A DNA stretch of 64,000 nucleotides. Source: an uncultured Gammaproteobacteria bacterium (GTDB lineage: Bacteria; Patescibacteriota; Microgenomatia; UBA10105; UBA927). The notes beneath the pieces were generated by a model. The model did not search any database. It was not told where the DNA came from and saw only the letters and a list, made by a program, of their open reading frames with translations. Shown piece by piece: positions 1 to 8,121 of the stretch. Position 1 is the stretch's first letter; every line of letters begins with the position of its first letter. The stretch is from contig CAYUZE010000004.1 of NCBI GenBank assembly GCA_964449585.1, forward strand, positions 51,063 through 115,062, in the 5' to 3' direction. Both the position numbers and the translations under genes were made by a program.

Positions 1-589
1 CTCGTCCCTTGCGGAAAAGAAGGATGAAGTAGGTATGTCCACCGGTCTTGCCTGGACGGAGGCGGGAGGCGATATCTTGTTCATTGAAGTGGCCCTCATG
101 CCGGGACGCGGCACTCTCATCCTCACGGGACAACTGGGAGAGGTGATGAAAGAATCCGCGCAGGCCGCCATGTCCTATGTGCGAAGTCGCTACAAGGCGC
201 TTAAACTGCCGGAGAAATTCTATCAAAAACTTGACGTCCACGTGCACGTGCCGGAAGGTGCGGTTCCCAAAGACGGTCCCTCCGCGGGAGCGGCAATTGC
301 TACCGCCATCGTGTCTGCCCTAAGCAAGAAAGCGGCACGACGACTGGTGGCCATGACGGGAGAAATCACGCTTCGCGGAAGGGTGCTCGAAATCGGCGGC
401 GTCAAGGAAAAAGTAATCGCCGCGCATCGGGCGGGGATAAAAGAAGTGATACTTCCGAAGAATAACAAAAAAGATTTGGAGGATATTCCGAAAAAGGTAT
501 TAAGCGACGTGAAGTTTAACTTTGTCGAGCACATGGATGAGGTGTTGAAGGTAGCAATTCCCTCACTCAAGTTTTCCGCCAATGCGTAA
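1..589 (+). CDS. lon: Lon protease, C-terminal proteolytic domain (5' truncated by window edge)
   Basis: TGLAWT...[17 protein letters not shown] (catalytic Ser) ...IGGVKEK (catalytic Lys); frame open to window start. Confidence 0.95.
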   Translation, partial: SSLAEKKDEVGMSTGLAWTEAGGDILFIEVALMPGRGTLILTGQLGEVMKESAQAAMSYVRSRYKALKLPEKFYQKLDVHVHVPEGAVPKDGPSAGAAIATAIVSALSKKAARRLVAMTGEITLRGRVLEIGGVKEKVIAAHRAGIKEVILPKNNKKDLEDIPKKVLSDVKFNFVEHMDEVLKVAIPSLKFSANA

Positions 590-592
590 CGG

Positions 593-1540
593 CTATTGCA
601 GGTAGTCGTAGATCAGTTTCGAAACATCGGCAAGTAATGCATCGGTGGCTTCTCCTTCCGCGGCGCCGTTGATAAATATGCCGACATAATAGGTGATTTT
701 GCCGTCCGTGACGATTCCCGCATCGTGAATGATACCCACTTCCGTGCCGATTTTATGATACGTGACCGCTTTGTCGGGAAGTTTGGCGGGAAGACGGGTT
801 TCGTGATCAGTGTCTTTAAAAAATGAGAGCATCTCCTGCGTGTGGGCACTGTCGGTTATCTTGCCCTCGTAGATCATACGGAATAATTTGGCGATATCCT
901 GGTTTGAGGTGTTGTTTTTCACCATATCCGTTTGCGTAAGTCCCCACTGGGAGACGATTTCGGAAAGCCTGGGGAATCCGATAATGTGGTTAGCGAGAAT
1001 ATAGGCTGCCGTGTTATCGCTTTGTTTGATCATGAGTTTGGCAAGCGTTTTAATCGAGTAGACCGAGCCGGGTTTGTCATAACGGATAGATCCCGTGCCG
1101 TAGTCCTGGATGTCGGACGCCTGTAAGGTGATATCCCGATCAAGATCGATTTCGCCTTTCCCGGCAAGGTAATAGAGCGCGGCGATAATCGGTACTTTGT
1201 TGACGGATGCCGCAACAAAAATTTCCGCTTCACTTTGTCGGAGCGAAAAATCCCCGCCGTACTGCTCGACGATGACGGAGTAATCGTTCCAGGCGCCGTT
1301 AATCGTCTTTTCTATTTTTTCGGCAAGATCATCGGCACTTTTTTCTTTTTTGAAAAAGGTAAAAGATTTGGCGGGGGCTTTGGTGGGTTGTGCGACGGTA
1401 GGATCATCGGGGATAGGGGAGATCACCGTACTTTTGCTTCCCCCGATAAGTTTCACTGCCCCAATTACTACCCATCCGATAAACAGTAACAGCAGAATGA
1501 ATCGTGGCCATCGGTTCTTTTTCTTCCGCTGCAAATCCAT
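593..1540 (-). CDS. Class A beta-lactamase-like / penicillin-binding serine hydrolase with N-terminal membrane anchor
   Basis: SVNK (SxxK), SDN and HKIG motifs; start placed at MDLQRKKK, 6 nt after TGtTACAAT. Confidence 0.85.
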   Translation of the reverse strand: MDLQRKKKNRWPRFILLLLFIGWVVIGAVKLIGGSKSTVISPIPDDPTVAQPTKAPAKSFTFFKKEKSADDLAEKIEKTINGAWNDYSVIVEQYGGDFSLRQSEAEIFVAASVNKVPIIAALYYLAGKGEIDLDRDITLQASDIQDYGTGSIRYDKPGSVYSIKTLAKLMIKQSDNTAAYILANHIIGFPRLSEIVSQWGLTQTDMVKNNTSNQDIAKLFRMIYEGKITDSAHTQEMLSFFKDTDHETRLPAKLPDKAVTYHKIGTEVGIIHDAGIVTDGKITYYVGIFINGAAEGEATDALLADVSKLIYDYLQ

Positions 1541-1596
1541 GCCAAGATTGTAACACTTTGTTGTAAATGTCTGATAGGAGCGATATACTCCGCCCA

Positions 1597-2532
1597 ATGG
1601 CAACTGTGGAGCGACAAGACCATGCGTCGCGTGAGCAATTTCCGTTGTTTGATCCGGAACAGTATGTCCGTCGGATTGATGAGGCGAAAACCTTTATCAA
1701 AGAACGGCTCCCCGAAGGATTTGTCCCCAAAGTAGTGCTCACCTTAGGTTCCGGAGGTTTGGGAGTAATCGGCGATGAGATACAAAAAGTCGCAACGATT
1801 CCCTATGAAGACATTCCCGGGTTTCATAAACCCACCGTGGTAGGACATGCAGGCAACCTGATTGCGGGGTACCTTGAAGGAGTCCCGGTGATCGGTTATC
1901 AGGGACGACGGCATTACTACGAAAGCGGCGGACAACCCAACCAGGTCATCGCATTAAAGGATGTGGTGTTTCCCGTTTACGTCGCTCGTGCGCTGGGCGC
2001 CGATACGTATATTGCGACGAATGCCGCGGGAGGACTGGAGCTGAAGTTCAGGCCGGGTGACCTTATGGTAATCACCTCACACTTGGATATCCATTTCCCC
2101 AATGTACTACTCGGACCCCAGGTGCCGTTTATGGATGCCGAACGGTTCCAGCCGCAGCACGGGCAATATAATGCCGAATTGAGAGCGATACTTCTTCATG
2201 CGGCAACGCATGCGGGAGAAGCTGACAGAGTCCATGAAGGGGTATATGCGGCGCTGACGGGACCGACGTTTGAATCGGTTGCCGATTCGCAAGCGCTTCG
2301 GCGATCGGGAGTATCCGCCGTCGGCATGTCCACGGTGCCCGAAATCATCACGGCATCCAATATCGGCATGGAGACACTCGGGGTATCGCTGATCTCCAAC
2401 GTCATTGCCCCCGACGGTACCAACGCGACCAGCCATGAGGAAGTGACGGCGGCACTCCAAGATCCCGCAACCAAAAACCGGGTCGCCAACCTTTTCCGCG
2501 AATTTTTCCGTATCTATAACGGTTCGCACTAA
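1597..2532 (+). CDS. punA: Purine nucleoside phosphorylase (PNP I / xanthosine family)
   Basis: LGSGGLG, GHAG, QGRRHYYE, TNAAGG, GPTFES, VGMSTVPE motifs. Confidence 0.9.
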   Translation: MATVERQDHASREQFPLFDPEQYVRRIDEAKTFIKERLPEGFVPKVVLTLGSGGLGVIGDEIQKVATIPYEDIPGFHKPTVVGHAGNLIAGYLEGVPVIGYQGRRHYYESGGQPNQVIALKDVVFPVYVARALGADTYIATNAAGGLELKFRPGDLMVITSHLDIHFPNVLLGPQVPFMDAERFQPQHGQYNAELRAILLHAATHAGEADRVHEGVYAALTGPTFESVADSQALRRSGVSAVGMSTVPEIITASNIGMETLGVSLISNVIAPDGTNATSHEEVTAALQDPATKNRVANLFREFFRIYNGSH

Positions 2533-2550
2533 GCGGGATATACTATACCT

Positions 2551-3021
2551 ATGCGTATTGCCATTCGTCGCGCAAAACTTTCCGATCTTGATGCAATCTG
2601 TACCCTTAGTCAGTCGCTCTTTGAACATGAGCGGCAATTTACCGATGAGTATGACATGGGATGGTCGCACGGGGCGGCGGGGAGAAAGTTTTTCACCAAA
2701 ATGCTTCGGAGCAGAAAGGCATTTGTTCTGCTTGCGATTGCCGATGAAAAAGTTGTCGGCTACATTCTGATAAAATTCCTCACCTTTTCCTGGCGGGTAT
2801 ATAACCCGATTGCCGAGCTTACGAACTTGAGCGTTGACCCTATGTATCGCGGGCAGGGAATAGGTACCAAGCTGTTTGAGAAGGCGGCGGAAACGGCAAA
2901 AAAGCGCGGCGCCAAACGCATGAGTGTCGAAGGACTGCATGATAATGTGCGTGCCATAAAGTTTTACCAAACCCAAGGCTTCCGCCACTTTAGCGATACC
3001 CTGCTTCTTACCCTGACATAA
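2551..3021 (+). CDS. GNAT family N-acetyltransferase
   Basis: VDPMYRGQGIGTKL motif A; NVRAIKFYQTQGF motif B. Confidence 0.9.
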   Translation: MRIAIRRAKLSDLDAICTLSQSLFEHERQFTDEYDMGWSHGAAGRKFFTKMLRSRKAFVLLAIADEKVVGYILIKFLTFSWRVYNPIAELTNLSVDPMYRGQGIGTKLFEKAAETAKKRGAKRMSVEGLHDNVRAIKFYQTQGFRHFSDTLLLTLT

Positions 3022-3078
3022 CCTCGCTCGGTTTGGCACATCGGAGTGTGATAAAATATGACATACGCGCCCCGTTCG

Positions 3079-3148
3079 CAATCCAGGAGTGAACGAGCAG
3101 AGTCATCGAAGCGAGTACTACTCCTGGTGAGTGCCACGTACCCGTGGC
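3079..3148. repeat. 70-nt hairpin element, copy 1 (after GCCCCGTTCG)
   Basis: CCAGGAGT...ACTCCTGG-TGAGT-GCCACG(TACC)CGTGGC; aligns without gaps to copies 2 and 3. Confidence 0.85.
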
Positions 3149-3187
3149 CAGTCCAGCGCAATTAACAACTAAATATTGCCCCGTTCG

Positions 3188-3257
3188 CAGTCCAGCGCTT
3201 AATGAGCGAATGCATATTCGCGAATCGTAGCGCTGGTGAGTGTCGCGTAACCGCGAC
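3188..3257. repeat. 70-nt hairpin element, copy 2 (inside a duplicated tRNA-Glu 5' fragment)
   Basis: GCCCCGTTCG|CAGTCCAGCGCT...AGCGCTGG-TGAGT-GTCGCG(TAAC)CGCGAC|CTAGCGGCC. Confidence 0.85.
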
Positions 3258-3306
3258 CTAGCGGCCGGGGAAGTGATTGATAGCAGAGTATTTAACAATT
3301 TAATAC

Positions 3307-3380
3307 GCCCCGTTCGTCTAGCGGCCTAGGACGATTCCTTCTCAAGGAATAAATCGCCGGTTCGAATCCGGCACGGGGTA
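3307..3380 (+). tRNA. tRNA-Glu (anticodon CTC), CCA not encoded
   Basis: Acceptor GCCCCGT/ACGGGGT, anticodon arm ATTCC-TTCTCAA-GGAAT, T arm GCCGG-TTCGAAT-CCGGC. Confidence 0.95.
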
Positions 3381-3390
3381 CTCACAAAAT

Positions 3391-3417
3391 AATCCGGCAC
3401 ATTGCCGGATTTTTTTT
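3391..3417 (+). terminator. Intrinsic terminator after tRNA-Glu
   Basis: AATCCGGCA-CAT-TGCCGGATT followed by T run. Confidence 0.85.
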
Positions 3418-3460
3418 GTGAATATTCGCATGCGCGAATTTGAACCGGCTAGCCGGTTCG

Positions 3461-3530
3461 CCGTCCAGCGTTTAACGAGGGGAGTCTTCGACACGAGTCG
3501 TAGCGCTGGTGAGTGCCGCGTAACCGCGGC
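3461..3530. repeat. 70-nt hairpin element, copy 3 (inside a duplicated tRNA-Glu 3' fragment, at the T-loop)
   Basis: GCCGGTTCG|CCGTCCAGCGTT...AGCGCTGG-TGAGT-GCCGCG(TAAC)CGCGGC|AATCCGGCACGGGGTACT. Confidence 0.85.
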
Positions 3531-3612
3531 AATCCGGCACGGGGTACTTACGCAATCTCCTCACATTTAGCCCTATAGTACGTTCTCCGTGGTATAATTT
3601 GTTTTCATCGCT

Positions 3613-4089
3613 ATGGCAAAAGAACGTCCTCAAATATACGAGCACCTCGTCGTGTCAGACGAAATGGTCGAGTACGCGCGTGTGCTCCGATCCGTTGCAA
3701 AAGGGGGGAGTAACGTTGTCGAGACTGCGGATTGGACGGTACAGAGTTTTTCGCATGCGCGCTATGCTGCGGATTGCGTGTATCATCCTGGCGGCACCGA
3801 ACAGGCGGTATTTTCGTTTGTCATGGCGGAGCGCCGCCAACAGATAGAGATGGAAAACACGCATCGCCGTGCACGGGGAGGAAGCGGAGTGAGCGCGTTT
3901 TCCCACCTGGAACACATGGCGGCAGCCCTTTCCCGAATGGAGAATAAACCGGTATGGATGACCTATCCGCTATACGGACAGAAAGATACCGAACAATTTC
4001 TCCTCCGTCGCGGCTATACCAAAGTGCTCTATTTCCCCATCGGTTCACTTATCCCAGCCCCTGCATTGGCATGGACGTACGCCGCATAA
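3613..4089 (+). CDS. Hypothetical protein
   Basis: 158-aa ORF preceded by TGGTATAAT; no family recognised. Confidence 0.6.
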   Translation: MAKERPQIYEHLVVSDEMVEYARVLRSVAKGGSNVVETADWTVQSFSHARYAADCVYHPGGTEQAVFSFVMAERRQQIEMENTHRRARGGSGVSAFSHLEHMAAALSRMENKPVWMTYPLYGQKDTEQFLLRRGYTKVLYFPIGSLIPAPALAWTYAA

Positions 4090-4131
4090 CTATTTCATTT
4101 CGATTATCAAACACCGGGTGGGGAATGACCG

Positions 4132-4332
4132 TTATTTCTCCGACGGGATAAATATCCAGCAGAGGATATAGGGGATGATACCGGGAACGCCTCCCGGAAG
4201 GAGGGCAAACACCCACAGCAATCGGACGAGGGTTACGTCGACATTGAGATAGTTTGCCACCGCCAAACATACACCGGCAATTTTCCTGCCTTTTTTGGGA
4301 CGAACTAACTTTTTGACCGCTGCCTGTGCCAT
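4132..4332 (-). CDS. pspC: PspC domain protein
   Basis: KKLVRPKKGRKIAGVCLAVANYLNVDVTLVRLLWV...YILCWIFIP; GAAGGA upstream. Confidence 0.9.
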   Translation of the reverse strand: MAQAAVKKLVRPKKGRKIAGVCLAVANYLNVDVTLVRLLWVFALLPGGVPGIIPYILCWIFIPSEK

Positions 4333-4398
4333 ACTTCCTTCAGTATATATCGATATATTTCCCGCTGTACAGCGGTTCCGTGGTATAGTGGAGGGATT

Positions 4399-4914
4399 AT
4401 GGCAGAGTCGTCGGAACAACCTACAACGCGTGAGCTCCTCCCCGCGCCTTCCAAAGAGAAGGAAACAACCATCGCGAGTTTCCGTGAGAAGCGACTCGTT
4501 ATGTGGAAATCCATGGTGGAGACCATGAAACAGCATCCGAATATTTCCCGGGTGCTTTCCGCGGCGGTCAATGCCACCGTGGGATCGTACGTAAAGTTAA
4601 GCGCGGAGGCATACACGGGAAAAACCATAGACCAGCAAAATCTCACCCCGCTCGGAAGAATAGTCCATGCCTTTATCGTGGGAACGGGACTTGCTTCATA
4701 CGGGCTTATTGCCGCAGGGAGACCGGAAATTGCGGCGATTACGTACGGATCGTCGTGGGCGGCGTATGCGTTGATGTACGGACCGGAAATTATCGCGCCG
4801 ACGCTTCGCGCGGCGGCAAAGGGTATCGAGACAAAGCATCAGACTACCGCAAATATTTTGCAAACGGTCGCCGCGGTGGTAGAGAAACCGAAGAAATTGT
4901 TTTTTAAGGTATAA
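4399..4914 (+). CDS. Hypothetical membrane protein
   Basis: 171 aa with hydrophobic segments; GGAGG upstream. Confidence 0.65.
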   Translation: MAESSEQPTTRELLPAPSKEKETTIASFREKRLVMWKSMVETMKQHPNISRVLSAAVNATVGSYVKLSAEAYTGKTIDQQNLTPLGRIVHAFIVGTGLASYGLIAAGRPEIAAITYGSSWAAYALMYGPEIIAPTLRAAAKGIETKHQTTANILQTVAAVVEKPKKLFFKV

Positions 4915-4916
4915 CC

Positions 4917-5087
4917 ATGGACGAACTGAACGAGATTATCGAGCAACTTATCTCGCTAGGCGAAGATCGGGATGAGTTGGAATTTTGGCGCACGGTGGCA
5001 CCTTCACTGCCACCGGACAAGCGAGAGGAGCTTCTCAACAATCTGACCGAAGAACTTCAAACACTCCAAAAGCCGTCCGCATCGTAA
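4917..5087 (+). CDS. Small acidic helical hypothetical protein (56 aa, absent from ORF track)
   Basis: MDELNEIIEQLISLGEDRDELEFWRTVAPSLPPDKREELLNNLTEELQTLQKPSAS; starts 2 nt after upstream stop, AAGGT upstream. Confidence 0.65.
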   Translation: MDELNEIIEQLISLGEDRDELEFWRTVAPSLPPDKREELLNNLTEELQTLQKPSAS

Positions 5088-5134
5088 CGTTTCCCCAGTA
5101 GATGAGAATGGGTGTCTTTGATATACTATAGGGT

Positions 5135-5674
5135 ATGTCAATAGAACACGGCGATGAGCTACTCAGCAAAATGTTCCCTCGGGCACGGTTTATTGATCGC
5201 ATAGAATCTATCGTGTTGCAGGAGGGAAACGATGCGATCCATGTATATCCACGGGAGTTTACGCTCAATCATATCGCACTCTATCAGGCACATACGGAAG
5301 AGTTGGCGAGGATGGTGGAACACGCAGATACCCGTGTTGCGGTCGCCGGCCAACGAATTCCCGTGCGTATTAACCGTATCCGTTCGATTCACACCCTTCC
5401 GGATGATCGGGTATTTACCCGTAGCAGATATGCCGGTCCGTTTTCGCTTGATACCTGTCTCGGAAAATGGGGATTACCACGGTGGTTTAGCATTGCAAAA
5501 CCATCCAGTAAACTGATTCGCGAATTGGATATCGCAATTGATAAAGCGGTCGTGCACGACGTCGGCTATGACAATATTCCCAATGAATTTGAACTTGCTA
5601 CCAAAAATATTCACATTGAGCGGGCGGGATTTACGATTGTCGATATTGCCGCCATCCTGGAACGGATATGGTAA
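5135..5674 (+). CDS. Hypothetical protein
   Basis: 179-aa ORF; TGaTATACT 7 nt before ATG. Confidence 0.6.
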   Translation: MSIEHGDELLSKMFPRARFIDRIESIVLQEGNDAIHVYPREFTLNHIALYQAHTEELARMVEHADTRVAVAGQRIPVRINRIRSIHTLPDDRVFTRSRYAGPFSLDTCLGKWGLPRWFSIAKPSSKLIRELDIAIDKAVVHDVGYDNIPNEFELATKNIHIERAGFTIVDIAAILERIW

Positions 5675-5714
5675 TTTCGGTAACCCCGCATGCAGACGGT
5701 GCTATACTGACCGT

Positions 5715-6134
5715 ATGTCCTGGTTTGTTTATGCAGTACTTTCGGCGATTTTTGCAGCCCTTACCGCAATTCTTGCCAAAATAGGCATAAAAAACGTCGA
5801 TTCGAATCTGGCGACCGCAATCCGCACGATCGTTATCCTCATCTTTGCCTGGGGCATTGTGTTTTGGCAGGGAACGGCGAGCAAACTCTCTTCAATCTCC
5901 AACTATTCGCTTGTTTTCCTCATCCTTTCCGGGATTACCACCGGGCTTTCCTGGCTTTTTTACTTTCGCGCGCTCCAATTAGGGAAAGCGTCCCAGGTTG
6001 CTCCCATCGATAAATTGAGTTTGGTGCTCACTATCGTGCTTGCAGCCGTGCTTCTTAAGGAAAAAGTGAGCGCCTCGATCGTTGTCGGCGGGATTCTTAT
6101 GGCCATCGGAGCCATACTGATTAGCCTCGGCTAA
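5715..6134 (+). CDS. EamA/DMT family small transporter
   Basis: SAIFAALTAILAKIG..VDSNLATAIRT...LSWLFYFRALQLGKASQVAPIDKLS. Confidence 0.9.
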   Translation: MSWFVYAVLSAIFAALTAILAKIGIKNVDSNLATAIRTIVILIFAWGIVFWQGTASKLSSISNYSLVFLILSGITTGLSWLFYFRALQLGKASQVAPIDKLSLVLTIVLAAVLLKEKVSASIVVGGILMAIGAILISLG

Positions 6135-6170
6135 CCCCTGAATTGAGGCTAATTGCGGAGTGTTTCTTTC

Positions 6171-6199
6171 TTGACAAGCCAAAATTTGTTTGAGACAAT
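6171..6199 (+). promoter_or_regulatory. sigma70-type promoter of greA
   Basis: TTGACA-17 nt-GACAAT with extended TG. Confidence 0.75.
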
Positions 6200-6246
6200 C
6201 TAACCTACGTCTGAAGGCTGTATAGCCGAAAGATAACGAATTTATC

Positions 6247-6282
6247 GCTCCCCGGCATTAAATACCGTGGGGAGTTTTTTTT
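6247..6282 (+). terminator. Intrinsic terminator/attenuator in the greA leader
   Basis: CTCCCCGG...CCGTGGGGAG + T8, lying between the promoter and the greA RBS. Confidence 0.75.
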
Positions 6283-6297
6283 AAACGAGAGGATAGT

Positions 6298-6759
6298 ATG
6301 AACAACAATCATATTGTGGTCACCAAAGAAGGATTAGATGCGCTCAAAGCGGAATATGACGAACTGACAAACGTCAAACGCCCTGCGGCGGTTACCCGGC
6401 TTGCCAATGCCCGTGAACAGGGAGATTTGTCGGAAAACAGCGAATACACCGATGCCAAACAGAATTTAGCCTTCATTGACGGCAGAATTGCCGAGCTTGA
6501 AGTCGTACTCCATGACGTACAGGTCGTCACCACCCACACCAAAGGCCACGTGGATGTCGGATGCAAAGTCACGCTTCATATAAACGGCAAAAAAGAAGTC
6601 TTTACCGTCGTCGGAGAATGGGAAGCCGACCCGTCAAGCAAGAAGATCTCTCACGAATCGCCGCTTGGCAAGGCACTCCTTGGCAAGAAGGTAGGCGAGC
6701 AGGTTGAAGTGGAAGCGCCGGCGGGCAAGATCCACTACAAGGTTTTACATATAGAGTAA
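6298..6759 (+). CDS. greA: Transcription elongation factor GreA
   Basis: AREQGDLSENSEY motif; ISHESPLGKALLGKKVGE. Confidence 0.97.
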   Translation: MNNNHIVVTKEGLDALKAEYDELTNVKRPAAVTRLANAREQGDLSENSEYTDAKQNLAFIDGRIAELEVVLHDVQVVTTHTKGHVDVGCKVTLHINGKKEVFTVVGEWEADPSSKKISHESPLGKALLGKKVGEQVEVEAPAGKIHYKVLHIE

Positions 6760-6780
6760 AACCCAAAAACATTGAAACCG

Positions 6781-6804
6781 AAACCCGCCGAAAGGCGGGT
6801 TTTT
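6781..6804 (+). terminator. greA terminator
   Basis: AAACCCGCC-GAAA-GGCGGGTTT-TT. Confidence 0.9.
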
Positions 6805-6864
6805 AGTACGAAAGCGCATAATAAGGAAAAAATCGCAGCACAGAAAATATATATCAACATATCT

Positions 6865-6939
6865 ATGAACAACGGCATCGTGATAATCAAGAAGACGAAG
6901 AAGCAATCCCCAACCGGGAGGGCTCTTCGTGGAAGATAG
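6865..6939 (+). CDS. Putative Lys-rich attenuator leader peptide (24 aa, MNNGIVIIKKTKKQSPTGRALRGR)
   Basis: AAG AAG ACG AAG AAG at 6889-6903; stop lies at the end of the antiterminator 5' arm. Confidence 0.7.
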   Translation: MNNGIVIIKKTKKQSPTGRALRGR

Positions 6940-6988
6940 CTAAAGCGTATATTTCCAAACGAAAACCCCTCCGCAAGAGGGGTTTTTT
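6895..6988 (+). promoter_or_regulatory. Transcription attenuator with alternative 1:2, 2:3 and 3:4 hairpins
   Basis: 1:2 = 6895-6910/6916-6930; 2:3 = 6917-6938/6948-6972; 3:4 terminator AAAACCCCTC-CGCAA-GAGGGGTTTT-TT at 6962-6988. Confidence 0.75.
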
Positions 6989-7050
6989 GATGGATAGTAC
7001 TCCGACAAAGCGGGATGAACGTATAAAAAATTTTTAAGAAAGGAATCACT

Positions 7051-8121
7051 ATGACAGAACGAATTGAAAATACAAACACGGGAAGTACCGGAGGATTAGG
7101 GTACAGTTTGCGGTCCTACGATCGCGCGTATTGTAACTATCCCGGAGTAATCCATGATGCGGATACGGTAAGGCGGCTTTTCCGTATCGGTCAGCATATT
7201 ATTACCCGAAGCAGGCATAACGTCACCCGCGGGGTGCTGCGTGCCGTGGTGCCTTCGAGTGTAATGGAGCAACTCGCGGACACTCCCGAAACCGCAGGGA
7301 ATATCGAGGCGGCAGTGCCGACCCGATATGCTACCCGCGCCAACAGCAGGAGGAGCGAACCGCTTTGGATGATGCTCGCCGCGATAAATAACGGGAATCG
7401 GGCGCCTCTCTTTCCCGTCCGAGATATGGTACGTGTTGTAGAGAGTGAACGAAAAGCACCCTCGATCCCTCCCGTCGATCGCATCATGTCGCTTCGTCGT
7501 GACGGGTATCGGTTTATCTCCGATATTCCCGAAGAACGAATCGGAGAAGTGGAAACCCTGTGGGGAAACAGTTTCGAATGGAGCAGGTCGGGCATTTTAG
7601 ATCTCCGGGATAAACTGCGTGCGGCGATCGGCGTGCCGAAACGATCCCGCACCGTGTGGTTTTCGGGAATCGTTGAACCAGAACACAATACGCTTGCCGC
7701 GATAGCCACCGCGGAACGACTCGACATCCCGATTGCGGAAGGTGTTTCCGTTCCTATCGTCGAAAGTACCGAGTGGCGGCGTGCCGATCATATCACTCAG
7801 CACGGACTTACCGCCGCAGCCGTATCACATCTTCACGCTAATGTTGTGGAGGATCTGAACGGACTCGCCCCCACGATTATCGCGGAAACAAACTTCCGAT
7901 CCGGGGCGCACCGGGTCGGGTTTGCATCGGGAATGGACGTACCTGCCCGTTCTGTTTTCGGGGCGGATATACCGCAAATGCTTATTCAAAACGTTCGCGT
8001 GGGTGACGGATTACCTCCCGACGGCGAGCGGGACTTTACGCTCCTGCATATCCCTGACGAGTCATTACAAACCTATTATCATGACGCATCACGGGAAGTG
8101 ATGCTGAAAGGAGATCTATGA
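7051..8121 (+). CDS. Divergent tandem-GNAT protein resembling beta-lysine N-acetyltransferase AblB/YodP
   Basis: By-eye similarity: AAIATAE, VESTEW, TQHGLTAAAVSHL, MLIQNVRVG; AGAAAGGA RBS. Confidence 0.5.
   Translation: MTERIENTNTGSTGGLGYSLRSYDRAYCNYPGVIHDADTVRRLFRIGQHIITRSRHNVTRGVLRAVVPSSVMEQLADTPETAGNIEAAVPTRYATRANSRRSEPLWMMLAAINNGNRAPLFPVRDMVRVVESERKAPSIPPVDRIMSLRRDGYRFISDIPEERIGEVETLWGNSFEWSRSGILDLRDKLRAAIGVPKRSRTVWFSGIVEPEHNTLAAIATAERLDIPIAEGVSVPIVESTEWRRADHITQHGLTAAAVSHLHANVVEDLNGLAPTIIAETNFRSGAHRVGFASGMDVPARSVFGADIPQMLIQNVRVGDGLPPDGERDFTLLHIPDESLQTYYHDASREVMLKGDL

Noticed and set aside
593-1540. Acquired antibiotic-resistance beta-lactamase
   Set aside because: It is membrane-anchored with no mobile context; more likely a housekeeping PBP-like hydrolase.
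2107-3081. Long antisense ORFs (e.g. 2107-3081, 16522-17160, 21634-22383, 41252-41911, 62824-63510)
   Set aside because: They are shadow frames opposite well-supported genes and show no recognisable motifs.
3125-3150. Hammerhead ribozyme in the 70-nt element (CTGGTGAG + hairpin)
   Set aside because: The core would need CUGAnGA and GAAA after stem II; neither is present in any copy.
3069-3548. CRISPR array, or several additional tRNA genes
   Set aside because: Repeats are 70 nt, divergent and irregularly spaced, with no cas genes. Only 3307-3380 forms a full cloverleaf; the other tRNA-like pieces are short fragments.
6210-6233. Hammerhead-like CTGAAGGCT...AGCCGAAA in the greA leader
   Set aside because: It lacks the complete CUGAnGA core and the stem I/III pairings.
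6865-6900. Leader peptide as a duplicated greA N-terminus (MNNGIVIIK vs MNNNHIVVTK)
   Set aside because: Similarity is limited to a few codons and cannot be told from chance.
6805-7050. Lysine riboswitch or T-box upstream of the GNAT/HDAC/lysS genes
   Set aside because: No UGGNACC T-box bulge or L-box conserved elements were seen; a leader-peptide attenuator explains the pairings better.
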